From Gekko japonicus (Eukaryota): DNA of 64,000 nucleotides. The stretch is from NCBI RefSeq assembly GCF_001447785.1, contig NW_015167162.1, forward strand, positions 1 to 64,000, written 5' to 3'. Below are positions 24,728-38,034 of the stretch, piece after piece (positions within the stretch are counted from its first letter, which is position 1; every line of letters starts with the position of its first letter). The notes below the pieces were generated by a model. It saw only the letters and a program-made list of their open reading frames with translations, did no database searches and was not told the origin of the DNA. The position numbers were made by a program, and so were the translations under genes.

Positions 24728-25012
24728 CTGTTAAGAGAAAGACAGCCGCAAGATAAATATATGGAAATAAATGTATAAAATCCAATTTTAACCATTAAAT
24801 ATACCACAGACTTTCTCTGGGAAGTAACTCACACAGGCTACACGTTCACTTCAGTACCTCCCCGTCATCACAGAAAAATTTCAGAACTAGAAAAATATCT
24901 ATTCTAGAAAAACCATGAGCCAACAAAAGCATTTAGCTAGCTTCACTTCTGACAACACATTTTCACCTACAAGGCTTAAATTCAGCTTCAGCTTTCAGAA
25001 TATGTCTGTAGG

Positions 25013-25200
25013 TGGGGACATGGCTCAGTGGTAGAGCATCTATTTGGCATGCAGAAGGTCCCAGGTTCAATTCCTGGCACATTGAGTTAAATGGGATCAG
25101 GTAGTGAGTGAAGTGAAGGACCTCACCCTGAGACCCTGACGCCAGTCAGAGTAGATAGTACTGACCTTGATAGACCAGTGGTCTGATTCAGAATACTTCT
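25013..25200 (+). mobile_element. tRNA-derived SINE (Squam3-like); another copy at ~15025-15180
   Basis: tggctcagtggtagagcatc..ggcatgcagaaggtcccaggttcaattcc, then body gacctc..ctgagaccctg..agtaga..tactgaccttga. Confidence 0.75.
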
Positions 25201-25427
25201 GCCAGGGAAGAATGTTATTACTATGGGCTAGAACAGGGTTCTTCAATGAGTTGCCAATGGATACCATAGTGCTCGCCAATACTTCCCCTGACACCTGCCA
25301 GGTTTTTCAGAAAGTGGGCAGGATTATTGTAAGGCAGGGCTTGTTATTGGTTGCCCTCATTCAAATAAAAGCAGCTTCCTTGACTGCAACAGGCAATGGA
25401 GGATTAGAAGTACTGGTAAGCACCAGG

Positions 25428-26525
25428 GCATAAAAACTAAGAAAAGCCCTGCTGAATCAGACCTGTGGTCCATCTAGTCCAGCATTCTGTCTCATACAAT
25501 GGCCAACCAGTTCCTCTGGAGGTCCAACAACAGGCCTTACAGGATGAGGCCTTCCCCTGATGTTGCCTCCTGGCACTGAGATTCAGAGGTTTACTACCTC
25601 TGAACATGGAGATTCCATCTAGTCACCAAGGCTAGGAGCCACTGATAGATCTATCCTCCATAACTCTAACAAATCCCCTGTTAAAGCCATCTCTGCCTGT
25701 GGCCATCCTCTTGCTGCAAATTCCACATTTAATCACTTGCTGTGTAAAGAAGTATTTCCTTTGGTCCATCTGAATCTACTGCCTATCAGGTTCATTGGAT
25801 GCCCTCAAGTTCTGGTATTTTAGGAGAGGAAGAAAGAGTTCTCTTTGTCAACTCTCTTCACCCCATGCATAATTTAATAAACCTATCTATCTCCAGTACA
25901 AGAACTCATGAACACTCAATGAAATTGCTGAGCAGTCAAGTTAGAACGGATAAAAGGAAGTACTTCTTCACCCAAAGAGTGATTAACACATGGAATTCAC
26001 TGCCACAGGAGGTGGTGGCAGCTACAAGCATGGATGGCTTCAAGAGGGAATTGGATAAGCATATGGAGCAGAGGTCCATCAGTGGCTATTAGCTACAAGG
26101 TATAGATAGGAACTCTCAGTCTGGGGTGAGTGATGCTCTGTATTCTTGGTGCTTGAGGGGAGGGGCAACAGTGGGAGGGCTTCTAGTGTCCTGGCCCCAC
26201 TGCTGGACCTCCTGATGGCACCTGGTATTTTTGGCCACTCTGTGACAGAGTGTTGGACTAGATGGGCCATTGGCCTGATCCAACATTGGCTTCTCTTATG
26301 TTCTTATGTCCCCCTCTTGTTTTCTCTCTAAACTGAAAAGTCCCAGACTCTTCAGTCTTTCCTCATAGGGAAGGTGCTCCAGTCCCCTAATCTTCTTGGT
26401 TGTCCTCTTCTGTATTTTTTTCCAGCTCTGCGATGTCCTTTTTGAGATACAGTGATCAGAACTGCACACAGTATTTCAAATGAGGCCGCACCATAGATCA
26501 ATACAGGAGAATTATAATATCTGTC
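25428..26525 (-). mobile_element. Older CR1 3' fragment
   Basis: CR1 3' UTR/tail at ~25430; ORF2 C-terminus resumes after 26309. Confidence 0.8.
25890..26309 (+). mobile_element. Younger CR1 3' end inserted antisense into older CR1
   Basis: HSMKLLSSQVRTDKRKYFFTQRVINTWNSLPQEVV...RSISGY*; 3' UTR ends ttctcttatgttcttatgt; same family as 4708-5496. Confidence 0.9.
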
Positions 26526-27871
26526 ATTTTAATTTGTGGCTGGTGGTTCCATTTCACATTCAGGCTTCCTTCTTTTTATTCCCCTTGCTCCTTCCCTCTC
26601 CTCCCCTCCCCTCCTCAGGCTTTCCTTGATTTCTTTTTATTCCCCTTCTATGATGCTTTTGCAAAATGAGGAGGAAGGTATTGTGCTTAGCTCTGCCTCC
26701 TGAGACAGACATTTTTTGGCTCCACCTACTGAGGAAGCCACTTTGGGGTGGTGCTGACCCCAAATTTCAAAGGTGCCCACAGGCTCAAAAAAGTTGGGGA
26801 CCCCTGGGCTAGAAGAATATCAAAGAGCAAAGGAATGTCCAGTGTGGCCAAAGAAAGGTTTACACCAAATTTACCAGCCTAAGCCAAACTCAATTAAAGA
26901 CTTCCATGTAGAAACATCCTAAACAAAAATCAGTCATAAAAAGTTAGCATTTGCTTTTTCTGTTCCGGGAGCCTGCTCAAGGCCATTCCAAATGGAACCA
27001 CACAGAGTCAAACTCTAGAGCAGTGGATTCATATAGCTGATTGGTCCAGTTCACTGAAATTTCCTATCAAATTTCAGCAGCAGCAAGATCAGAGGGAAGG
27101 TTCAGCTGCTTTATTCATTGGGAATAAGCAACCAAAAAAGAAGGGGAGCCAGTGTACAAGGATAGGAACAAAGCACAAAAACCACTGACTAGAGATAACC
27201 AATATATGAAACGTGTAATAATAATTCAATAATGCAAAAATATAATTATATAACAATATTGGCCAAGGTGTAACCAAGATACAGAAAGAAGAATAAATGG
27301 AAAGAAAAATAAAGTCCCAAGTATTTTACTGTGTCTCACTCCAGTAGAGTTGTAATATCAAAGTCTAGTTTGACGTGCAATTCATCATGGAGTGGACATT
27401 TCAGAAGTTCCATAAGCCATAAAAAGCCATGGCGCGTAGTCCGGATGCTGGCTGCCACATTTTGAGTTGTTCTTATTCAAAAGCAATAGGCTATAAGGGG
27501 ACCCAATCTCAGTAGAAGGCACATACAAAGCCAGTATAATGGGAAGAAGTTAGGTGACGGGAGTCAGACTCCAAAACAAATGCCAACGAAAGCAGCAAAC
27601 TGGCCCTGGCAAGAAGAAATGCTGCCTTGCCTGTCTGTGACTGTAAGCCAAAAACCTGTTACATTCAGAGCAAGGACTGATATCTGACCCTTTGTCCCAG
27701 AGAGGTCAAGACCAGTCTGAGAGAAGACTTTCTTTTTCAGGCAGATCAAGGCATCATAATCCTCCAGCTCTGAATTCTACTTTTACAGGCAATTGCTAGT
27801 CTGGCAAACAAAAGAAACAGAGGAACTTAAATAAACCTTGTGAAATGGGTCAGACATCTTGGAAGACTCAC

Positions 27872-28042
27872 AGATACGGAAGCCAGATTTGGGATCATGG
27901 TCATGTCCACCCTGGCTGTACAGGGTGGTGGTGTCCCCTTTCTCGCAGCTATTGTAGCAGCGGCCATTTTGACAGGTCTGTTTACAGATTGTGGGGGTGA
28001 AGACAATCTTTATCTTTCGGATTTTTTCTGTCAGATTGGCAC
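27872..28042 (-). CDS. LTBP2: LTBP2 coding exon (~exon 5): basic motif plus 4-Cys-like region
   Basis: Acceptor ttttctccgcag|GT; (G)[56 protein letters not shown](Y); donor T|gtgagt; 171 bp. Confidence 0.96.
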
Positions 28043-28619
28043 CTGCGGAGAAAAGTAACAGAGCCAGAAGAATACAGATTTAAGATTCTGACTATGGGCT
28101 GATCAAGCATGACATGGTTCTCTTAGGCACCTTGCTTCCCCTCTCCCTCTTATGTTTATCATGAAATCTAAATGTTCCTTCCTCTCTGGCCCTAACTTCA
28201 TGTTTTATCATTTTTCCTGGCCTCAAAAGTAGACATGATGTGGAGATCCATGATCAAGATCTCTCATTTTTATGACAAAACAATTGTGTGGGGCTCCTGA
28301 GATCTAATCTATACATGCAGCAGACTATACATGGAGTAGACTCTGGAAATGATAGAAGTAACTGTGTCATTTCAAAGAACAGGTGGAGGATCACGGTTTG
28401 GTTTTGTGTTTTCCATTTTATCTCTCTATCTATCCATCTATATTTTACTTACATAATTTCTATCATTTCCAGAGTCTACCACCTCATTAGACAAGCTTTA
28501 ATACTCCCCTACAAAAACACAATTCTCTGCAAGCAGAAAAGTAGCACAGGAGGAAGCAGGTGGATTCGAACTGTTTTCCTTGCCATGCTAGATGCTTTTG
28601 CTTGTTTTTTTTACTAACT

Positions 28620-29290
28620 GAGATTTTTCTTTAAATGTAGAGGAACATTAAAACCTGTGAATCACCCTCTGCAGTCTAAAATCCCTTTGTCACCTCAGCA
28701 ATCTATCTCATTGTGCTAAATGCAAAGACTGTGTCTAGTCTGATCAGGGAAGCAGTGCTAGAGAAGAAGGTGTTAAACTCCTTTTCCTGGTCTAAATAGT
28801 TATCACCAGCCCTGGTTTATCCCCCACCCCACCAAAGCACACAGCTTCAGAAGATGCAACTTAGAGCATGGAATTAGTGTGGAAGGAAAAGGCTAAACAA
28901 GCCCCTTCTCCAGCTCAGCTTTCCTGATCAAATTATCAACACCATGCAGCTGGAGATTTTTCTTTAAATGTAGAGGAACATTGAAACCTGTGAATGACCC
29001 TCTGCAGTCTAAAATCCACTTTGTCACCTCACCAATCTATCTCATTGTGCTAAATGCAAAGTCTGTGTCTAGTCTGATCAGGGAAGCAGTGCTAGGGAAG
29101 AAGGTGTTAAATTCCTTTCCCTGGTCTAAATAGTTATCACCAGCCCTGGTTTATCCCCCACCCCACCCCCCAAAGCACACAGCTTCAGAAGATGCAACTT
29201 AGAGCATGGAATTAGTGTGGAAGGAAAAGGCTAAACAAGCCCCTTCTCCAGCTCAGCTTTCCTGATCAAATTATCAACACCATGCAGCTG
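28620..29290 (+). repeat. Tandem duplication, ~333-bp unit x2
   Basis: 28620-28952 vs 28953-29290 near-identical, unique intronic sequence. Confidence 0.92.
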
Positions 29291-30731
29291 TTTTGAAAAA
29301 AAAAAAGGGGGGGGGGGGGGGAATAAGATCCGGATCACAAATCTTCCAAATCACATCTACTATGGCCACATGTGTTTGGCTGGCAAATCTTTGCATCTCC
29401 TTCAAACAACTTGCTGCATATAATAGGCTTTTAAAAAAACTTTATGAAAACTCTTGTAATGTTACCTTTTCATAACACATGATAAGAAACTTATAAAGCA
29501 ACATTATATACTGTTAAGAGAGGAGGGCTGACAGCAGTAATTGCAGGTTTTGTTAGTTAACCAACAGAATTTTTGAGGAGTTAAACAAACCACTGAAATT
29601 TAAAAAGTGCGGGGAGAAAAGAAAACATTAAACAAAATATCATTGGAATATTTCTACTTTATATTTTTTCTGCCCTTTTAACTGCTGTCCTTGTCCCGTT
29701 TTAATGGAGGAGATGGAGAATGTTATCCTGAGGCTTGGATACAATAATAATCCACAATAATAATGCCTCCTCCTTCATAGCTCAGCACAGTATATGGCTG
29801 TGTTCCAGTCTGTTCCCTTCTCCCTCCAGCTGAGAAAAGAGAGCAAAGTCAGAGCCAGGCCAATTAGTAGAGACGGAGGAGAAAGGAATAATGGAGAGAG
29901 TAATTATGAGGGTGGAGGTGTCACAGATGGAAGAAAAGAAGTTGACATAACATGGAGAGAAGCAGTGTTTTGGGTGGAAGTGCAGAGAAAGTTTACTTTG
30001 GTGCACTAAGAAGGGGGAAAGTTTCAGGATATGGACAGGGATGATGGGAAGCTCTTCTGGAAAAGGGCTAATAACTGAAATTTATTTCCCTATACCTGGG
30101 TTGAAGTCTTTATGTGATGAAGAAAAATGCCTCTGAGCATATGAATAGTGCCTTCCCATCACTCTGAATACCCTAATCTTATACACCTAGAATGAGAGAG
30201 CAAGGCACCCAGGGAAGACGGGATGGAAATCAGACAGCCTTGAGACCCCAAAATCAGCAGAAGAAACTGATCACAGCTCTGAATACCATTAAAATTCTGA
30301 TGTCTCCAACTAATAGAAACAGAAATGGAATAAAAATATAGCACATTTTTCAGGCTAGTAAAACTCAGCAACATTAAACAGGAATATAACAGGGCAAGAG
30401 CCTCCTGGCCTGGAACAGCTGGCTAAATCCTGTTTCAGTATCTTTTTGTCCTACACATCTGTGAAGGCCCACAGGAGTTTAGTCTTTTTCTAAAGGAAAA
30501 AAACCCTTCATCTTTTGTTTTCTTCCCCCCTCCCTTTCTGACTTTTATTTCCATGATTTAATTATTACATTTTACATTTTTCTAACATGTTACAGAGATT
30601 GCTGGCACGTTTCAAGGGATATGGAGTCACAAAATAGCTATAACCTAACCAAGAACCCTCCTAACAACCTCACACAACTGCACTCAGAAGATTTCCATTT
30701 GCCAAAGAATAAAACATTCTGTGGACCTTAC

Positions 30732-30919
30732 CCCAGAGAGATGGAGCAGGCTCTGGATAGGTCATGCGAGGCCCAGCACTGTTGTGCTCAAACCCATTCC
30801 CATTGGGCAGTGCATTGGATGTGAGCTGACCATTATTAGCAGCTGGATAGCGTCTGACTGTGCGGGAGGGCCCCGTGTGCTGCTGAGAGGGAACAAGGGA
30901 ACCACTTCTGCTCTGAGTT
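30732..30919 (-). CDS. LTBP2: LTBP2 coding exon (~exon 4); correct frame not in the ORF track
   Basis: Acceptor ctcctttttgcag|A; translates (G)TQSRSGSLVPSQQHTGPSRTVRRYPAANNGQLTSNALPNGNGFEHNSAGPRMTYPEPAPSLW(G), cf. human PSQQHVGLSRTVRLHP...QLSSNALP...SSPWG; donor G|gtaagg; 188 bp, phase 2 to phase 1, fitting both neighbours. Confidence 0.92.
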
Positions 30920-31059
30920 CTGCAAAAAGGAGAGTTACATTAATGCTGGTACAGCAAGGTCGCACTGATAGTCCCTTCTAGTAGCTCATGATATTAAAAG
31001 CTGTCTGCATTTGAGGGAGACAGCAAGACCCTCTCCAGTAGCTCAGCTGTGACAAACCA

Positions 31060-31770
31060 ACATTTATTTGTTTAATATACCTGTATACCAGAGTCTCCAA
31101 AGGTTCGTCTAAGGTAACTTTCAAAACAAACATACAATGCAATATAAAATGTTAAAAGTAGAATATATGTAGAACAGTAAGTTGCATTCAACTTCTCCTA
31201 ACATAAAACTTGATTGTTTGGTTGTATGCTTAAGTGTGTTATGGTTACAATTGGTTATTTTTATTAATGTTTATCAGATGTCAAAGCTATTGTATTGTAT
31301 TGAAATCGTTAAAATTAATAAAAATTATACATTCAAAAAGTAGAATAAATAGCATAAAAACAAAAAAGATTTTTTAAAAAACACATAAAACTACATACAC
31401 TGAAATCCATCAGCAAGAATTGAACAGATAAAATAAACAGCAGAAGGCCCCAGATATCAGCTACTGACAAAAGATTTAAAAACAAGTTTAGCTAGGTGCC
31501 ACAAAGTTAACAAGTTTTCTACCAGCAGGAAAACAGGACAGGTATTTTACAGACAAGTTGCCACAACAAAAAAGGCCCTGTTCTTTATGGCCACGCACCT
31601 CGTTTCACTAATGCAGGACATCAGAAGATCATATCAAAATTTATTCAAGTTCTATGCAAGCAGGAAGGCTTTTAATTATACTGGTCCTTGACCCTTTAGA
31701 ATTTTAAATATGAACCAGCTCTTTGAACTGCACCCCAAAACAGATATTCAGTAAAGGTCCTTAAGCACAG
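31060..31770 (-). mobile_element. Degenerate L2 3' fragment(s)
   Basis: tttatttgtttaatata tail; aaaaaggccctgttc and ccctttagaattttaaat motifs. Confidence 0.45.
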
Positions 31771-31869
31771 TTCTGGCTCCTCTCTTTCCCAGAATAGGTA
31801 CAACATACTTAAATTTATTTTCCTCTTCCACCCCCCACTACTTTTTCCCTTTGTTTTGTGTTTCTTAGT

Positions 31870-32065
31870 GTGTCAGTGTGGGATCCTGAGAGTTCTGGGT
31901 TTGAATCCCCCCTCTACCATGGAAGCTCACTGGGTGGCCTTATGCCATGTTCTGGCAGCCTAACCTACCCCACAGGGTGCTTGCTGTGAGAAAATGGAGG
32001 AGGGAAAAACAATGTTCTATGCCACTTTGGGTCCCTATTGGGGGAAAAAGCGGGATATAAATCCT
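31870..32065 (+). mobile_element. MIR/CORE-like L2-dependent SINE
   Basis: gggtttgaatccccc..ccatggaagctcactgggtggcctt...cctaacctacc.cacagggt...aagcgggatataaat. Confidence 0.7.
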
Positions 32066-32228
32066 TATACATATTTGCAATTTAGTCTGGCAACATTCTA
32101 TGCGGTGCCAAAATGAGTTGGCTGAATGATCTGTCACTCAGAACGTGTCCCTAGCCACTGGCTGCATTGCCTGAGTCCCGCCCAGCCACCACTCTAGAGT
32201 ACTCGTGTGCCATTGGCTGGGTGCTGGG

Positions 32229-32434
32229 CAATGCTCCCTCTAAGCTGTGGAGTCTTGTGAGCAAAAATTCTACTTTGTGAGCTACTAGCATTAAAGTTGT
32301 GAGTGAGCAATTTGGGGGCTGCATAAATAAGTTTGCTCTGGAGCCATACTTCCTGAGCTAAGACAAAAATGTGTGAGCCACAGGCTAAAAAACTGTGAGC
32401 TAGCTCACACTAACTCGGCTTAGAGGGAACACTG
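32229..32434. mobile_element. hAT MITE (CAGTGTTCCCTCTAAG family)
   Basis: TIRs caatgctccctctaag / cttagagggaacactg; TSD GTGCTGGG. Confidence 0.85.
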
Positions 32435-32546
32435 GTGCTGGGTTTGCTTCTCTTCCCCGCCCACTCCTTCAGCCACTGTGCCCTCTCAGAATTTCTAGGC
32501 AGACGGCTTTCTCTCTTGACGAAAACAGTTGCCTCCTGTCGGAGAC

Positions 32547-32755
32547 CAGGGGTCATTTGGGGGGGGACGCGGGGGGACGCCATCCCCCCAGGTGAGGTGC
32601 GGGAGGGCGGGGCCTGGAGCTCCCTGCTGGTGCCCGCTGGAGGTCGCCGCCGGCTGTGGGGAGGACACACTTCCGGTGATGTCAGGGTGTGTGGCATATG
32701 CTAATGAGTTATGCTAATGAGTCCCCCTAGCTCTTTTTCTACGAAATGACCCCTG
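32547..32755. mobile_element. hAT MITE (CAGGGGTCATTT TIR)
   Basis: caggggtcattt / aaatgacccctg; TSD TCGGAGAC. Confidence 0.88.
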
Positions 32756-32808
32756 TCGGAGACTAACTGTTTTCCTCAGTAGCTGTTGGTAGGTGTAACG
32801 AAATGGCA

Positions 32809-33275
32809 NNNNNNNNNNNNNNNNNNNNNNNNNNNNNNNNNNNNNNNNNNNNNNNNNNNNNNNNNNNNNNNNNNNNNNNNNNNNNNNNNNNNNNNNNNNN
32901 NNNNNNNNNNNNNNNNNNNNNNNNNNNNNNNNNNNNNNNNNNNNNNNNNNNNNNNNNNNNNNNNNNNNNNNNNNNNNNNNNNNNNNNNNNNNNNNNNNNN
33001 NNNNNNNNNNNNNNNNNNNNNNNNNNNNNNNNNNNNNNNNNNNNNNNNNNNNNNNNNNNNNNNNNNNNNNNNNNNNNNNNNNNNNNNNNNNNNNNNNNNN
33101 NNNNNNNNNNNNNNNNNNNNNNNNNNNNNNNNNNNNNNNNNNNNNNNNNNNNNNNNNNNNNNNNNNNNNNNNNNNNNNNNNNNNNNNNNNNNNNNNNNNN
33201 NNNNNNNNNNNNNNNNNNNNNNNNNNNNNNNNNNNNNNNNNNNNNNNNNNNNNNNNNNNNNNNNNNNNNNNNNNN
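32809..33275. other. Assembly gap
   Basis: N-run. Confidence 1.
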
Positions 33276-35123
33276 AGGGTCTGCTAGATCCAGGTTCTTG
33301 CTGTAGAAGCTGAGTGGGTGATTTTGGACCAGTCACAGACTTTCAGCTTAACCTACCTCACAAGGTTGTTGTGCAAGTCAAACGGGGGAGAGGAGAATGA
33401 TGTCCCCATTGCAGAGAAAGACTACTTTTCCGCCTGGAAAACCATTGTTGCCAATCTCCAGGTGAGGGCTGGAGATAACTCAAAATTACAACTGTTCTTC
33501 AGGTAGCAGAGATCAGTTCCTCTGCAGAAAATGATGGGCTCTGTGTCATTATACCCTTCTGAGGTCGCCACAGCACATTGATGCTGAGTTTCCAAGGCCT
33601 TGGCACTCTCTCAGAGCCTCTTTCTAGAGCTCGTTGTATTTATTTCCACAACAGACCTTATTCATAGTAAATAAATAAAAATAATGCAATCCTTTGAGAG
33701 AAAGGTGCATATATATTTACAAGAATGTCTGTGAACAAACACTATTCTTGAACTATACCCTTCAACTGCAGCATGCAGGCCTTTCAATTTCATCCATTTC
33801 AAATCTGCTCTCACTTTTGGGGCTTCTATTAGAGACCTTGCTAGATTTTTCCCAACATCACTATAGACTAACTTTTCATTAAGGCTTGCTAAGGGCACAT
33901 TCAGCATCCTCTAAACACTAGTATGAATCTAGCAACCTTGCATAAAAATGCACAAAGCTTATAGGATAGCCAAGGTACATTTTTGAGGGGTCATCAGAGC
34001 TGTTTATAACCGGAACAGATCTCAGCTTGGTATGCTACCGTGCAGCCCACTTCAAAAAACTTCACCATAAGCACAGCTTTATCTGGGATTTTAAAAAATG
34101 TTTCCAGTCATGCAAACAATCTTAATTGGTCCAGAGAGTAAGAATCATCACTGTAGTGCCTGTGAAAGATGGTAATATATTCACAGGGAAGGTCCCGTTG
34201 TTGATCTAAGCCCCTCATCTTCCTCCAAACATGAACAGTCCCTTGAAAACCTCCTTGCTCTCTATATGAATGGGAGCACATTTGCATCCCAGCCTTTGGC
34301 ACTGATGAGGATGCAGCCGAGGAAGGAGTCTTGCCAAGGAAATAAACAGACTATACAACCCATAAAAGTCATGAATGTAAGAAACTTCACAGGGAACGAA
34401 CACCCATTAGTGAATCTGCAAGTTTTCTATGTAATTTTATTTATGGCGCCTGGCATTTGCAGCAGCCAATCAATGGGAAGATTCAGGCATTCCCAGATCC
34501 TAAGGCCAAACTCTTGAGTGCCTTTTAACACATCCTGGTTGTTACCACAACAGACTTTTGCAGGGCAGAGCTTGTTTTAACACATTGGATTCTAAATCTT
34601 GTCTCGCTATATCAACCTTCTTACACACTGTTAGTTCCCATTTTCCATTTCAGGAATCAGTGCCAAGCCTTCCGGACTGTTTTGTTTGTAAGTACAGAGA
34701 CCCACCCTCTGTTTTTCTGCATTCTAACTGAATTAGGAGTTGCTACTGGCATCTCCAAGAAACCAAACATGAGCCAGTGAGATTAAGTGAGGTTTCAACA
34801 TAAGGCATGCAAGCCCTACATGCTGTGTCAGATTTCCTGCACGTTCCTACATTTAATAAACTGCCTGAATAAACGCAAAGAGCTATAGCTCTCACAAGTG
34901 TAACTATGGCGGAACAGTCCTGCTCTGGCTTGCAGGCCCAGTTCCCCCTGCCCTCCTGGGTTTCCCCCACACCCTCGGTTCAACCACCGCCTCCACCTGG
35001 CCTTTGTAGGAATTGCCCACTGGGTAGGTCAGGAAGCCCAGCTTCCCTTCAACATTCTGAAGCCTTGCCTCTGTGTCTTCCACTACTCAGCAAGGACAGC
35101 TTGCTGCCTTGTGCACTACCAAG

Positions 35124-35619
35124 TAGGGGTGTGCAAAAAATAAAATAAAATTCCAGCCCATTCGTATTCGGCCTAATCAGGCAGAATCAATTTCAGCTGG
35201 CAGTACTACCGCATGTCAGTTTCGTCAGTACAAGCCCATTTGGGAGTCTTTCGGCCAGCCGAATGTCAATTTCAGCCCCATTATATCCTATGGGCCATTG
35301 AAGTCAATGGCGAAAACATAGGGTATATTCTGGGGGCTGGAGGAGAGGGGGCTTGAGGGAGAGACTCCAAACTCGCAGGGTAGCTGCTGGAGCCTCACCC
35401 CAAGATATCTTCCAAGTTTCAAGAGCATTGGACCTGGGGTCCAATTCTACGGGCCCTCAAATAGGTTGCCCCTATCCCCTCCATTGTTCTCTATGGTGGG
35501 AAAAAACGGGGGAGGGGATGGGGCAACCTGTTTGGGGGCCTGTAGAATTGAACCCCTGGTCCAGTGTTCTTCAAACGTGGTTGGTATCTTGGGGAGAGGC
35601 TCCAGCAGCTACCCTGCAA
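35124..35619. mobile_element. hAT-like MITE with internal ~110-bp inverted repeat, cut by gap
   Basis: taggggtgtgca start; ~35375-35482 is inverted at ~35511-35617; related to 12019-12510. Confidence 0.7.
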
Positions 35620-36479
35620 NNNNNNNNNNNNNNNNNNNNNNNNNNNNNNNNNNNNNNNNNNNNNNNNNNNNNNNNNNNNNNNNNNNNNNNNNNNNNNNNN
35701 NNNNNNNNNNNNNNNNNNNNNNNNNNNNNNNNNNNNNNNNNNNNNNNNNNNNNNNNNNNNNNNNNNNNNNNNNNNNNNNNNNNNNNNNNNNNNNNNNNNN
35801 NNNNNNNNNNNNNNNNNNNNNNNNNNNNNNNNNNNNNNNNNNNNNNNNNNNNNNNNNNNNNNNNNNNNNNNNNNNNNNNNNNNNNNNNNNNNNNNNNNNN
35901 NNNNNNNNNNNNNNNNNNNNNNNNNNNNNNNNNNNNNNNNNNNNNNNNNNNNNNNNNNNNNNNNNNNNNNNNNNNNNNNNNNNNNNNNNNNNNNNNNNNN
36001 NNNNNNNNNNNNNNNNNNNNNNNNNNNNNNNNNNNNNNNNNNNNNNNNNNNNNNNNNNNNNNNNNNNNNNNNNNNNNNNNNNNNNNNNNNNNNNNNNNNN
36101 NNNNNNNNNNNNNNNNNNNNNNNNNNNNNNNNNNNNNNNNNNNNNNNNNNNNNNNNNNNNNNNNNNNNNNNNNNNNNNNNNNNNNNNNNNNNNNNNNNNN
36201 NNNNNNNNNNNNNNNNNNNNNNNNNNNNNNNNNNNNNNNNNNNNNNNNNNNNNNNNNNNNNNNNNNNNNNNNNNNNNNNNNNNNNNNNNNNNNNNNNNNN
36301 NNNNNNNNNNNNNNNNNNNNNNNNNNNNNNNNNNNNNNNNNNNNNNNNNNNNNNNNNNNNNNNNNNNNNNNNNNNNNNNNNNNNNNNNNNNNNNNNNNNN
36401 NNNNNNNNNNNNNNNNNNNNNNNNNNNNNNNNNNNNNNNNNNNNNNNNNNNNNNNNNNNNNNNNNNNNNNNNNNNNNNN
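35620..36479. other. Assembly gap
   Basis: N-run (smaller gaps at 44679-44689, 45359-45431, 61009-61159). Confidence 1.
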
Positions 36480-38034
36480 ACTCAGTACTGCTTCATCTCT
36501 CATTCATGGCAACATTCCTGTGGTAACTGAAGCAATTTCTTTAAAACAGAAAACACACTGGTAAAGTATTTTTGGCAATAAAAGTGATGCAGTGCAAAAG
36601 ACCTTGTCTGGCTGGTAGGTTCACATGGGAACATGTCATCCCCAAATTTGTTGAATTCATGGGTACTTTTGGAATTCTGATATATTGAGTACCTCCATAC
36701 ATGGTTGCCACAGGGGTGGGGCAAATTACAAATGTGGGGAGCTTCCAAGCCAAGTGCCTTCCTATGACCAAGTCTGCTTTCAAATGGGCACTTCCTGCAG
36801 GTGCAAAGGTAATGTCTCCTGGGCTCTTCTTGAGCACCAAGATGGCACAAGAATGCTGATATCCACGATTTCCTTTGGATGAAAGACACTCTGTCATTTC
36901 AGTTTCCAAAGTAAGGAGAAAGTTTGCTCACTGAGGGACCACAAAGGGCCCAGAGCAATAATAGAGTCTGTGTCTATGGGCAAGCAGAGGATGCAGAACT
37001 GAGATACACCTGTCCAGGATGAATTCAGCACTTTGCTAGAAGGCCAGTTTTAAAAAAGCAACTAATTCTCCATGTTTTTCCTCACCGTTCCATTCAAAGC
37101 CTTTAGAATTTTATCCTTGAACCTTCTGAACCAGATGGGCAATATGGTGCCCTCAGCCACCACATTACGGACCACAGGTTGAAGGCTTTAACAGTAAGAA
37201 TTAAAACGTTCAATTGTCCCTAAAAAGAAACTGGTAGCCAGTACAATTCTTTAAGAACAGGCAAGACATTGGTCCCTATAATCTGTGTCAGGTAACAGTC
37301 TGACCACTGCATTTTGCATCAACTGAACTTCCAAACACTTTTCAGAGACAGACTTACATAGAACACATTGTAGTAATTTAACCTAGATGTGACAGTGCAG
37401 TAGTTACATCACACTCTTTGAAGGGAGGATGCAGTCAGCAGAGCAACCAAACAAAGCTGGCACAAGACACTATGGCCCTGCTTGAGGCTGAGGTCCAGGA
37501 GTCATGTTACTGCAGCTGGAGCCAGGGTATCATGGATGACACCCTAGCAAAGGCTGAAGGTGGACTGAGGCCTTAAATACTCTTGTAAGGAGGGGGAGAT
37601 ACAGGCCCCTCCTCTCCAGGAGAAGGCTACACATATTTAAAGGTGCCATGCCCAGTTATGGCAATGAGTACTGCAATAGGGCTGGGATGGTTCAGGGCTT
37701 TGAGAGGGTTGTGGGGTCAGTTTGTGACAGATCTCTGGTTCAGAAGTAGGCTGTGCGGTGGAGGGTTCAGGCTCCAAGTCTGAATTAGAAGGCACAGCTG
37801 TATGCCAGAGTGAGCAGGCTGACTCAGAGTCTCGGGGCTCCTCCTGCATATCAAAGGAGGCTCCCAAAAGTATCTCAACTGCTTCCTTCTGTAGCAGTGT
37901 TACGTGCCCAGCTGCCTCTTCCTCTAAGTCTTTGTCCTCTTTGCCTGATAACAAATCTGAACACCCATATACAGACACATATTTAATAACAAATCTGCAA
38001 ACTTGCTTGTTTTGGGGAAGTGCAATCCTTTATA

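Larger units (their letters stand above)
25234..26806. mobile_element. hAT/Charlie-like MITE hosting nested CR1s
   Basis: cagggttcttcaa / ttggggacccctg; perfect 8-bp TSD GGCTAGAA (25226-25233, 26807-26814). Confidence 0.8.

Noticed and set aside
25013-25085. tRNA gene
   Set aside because: tRNA-like head runs into a SINE body and has no proper acceptor stem; multiple degenerate copies
32776-36564. Long ORFs of 167-403 aa
   Set aside because: Read-through of N gaps
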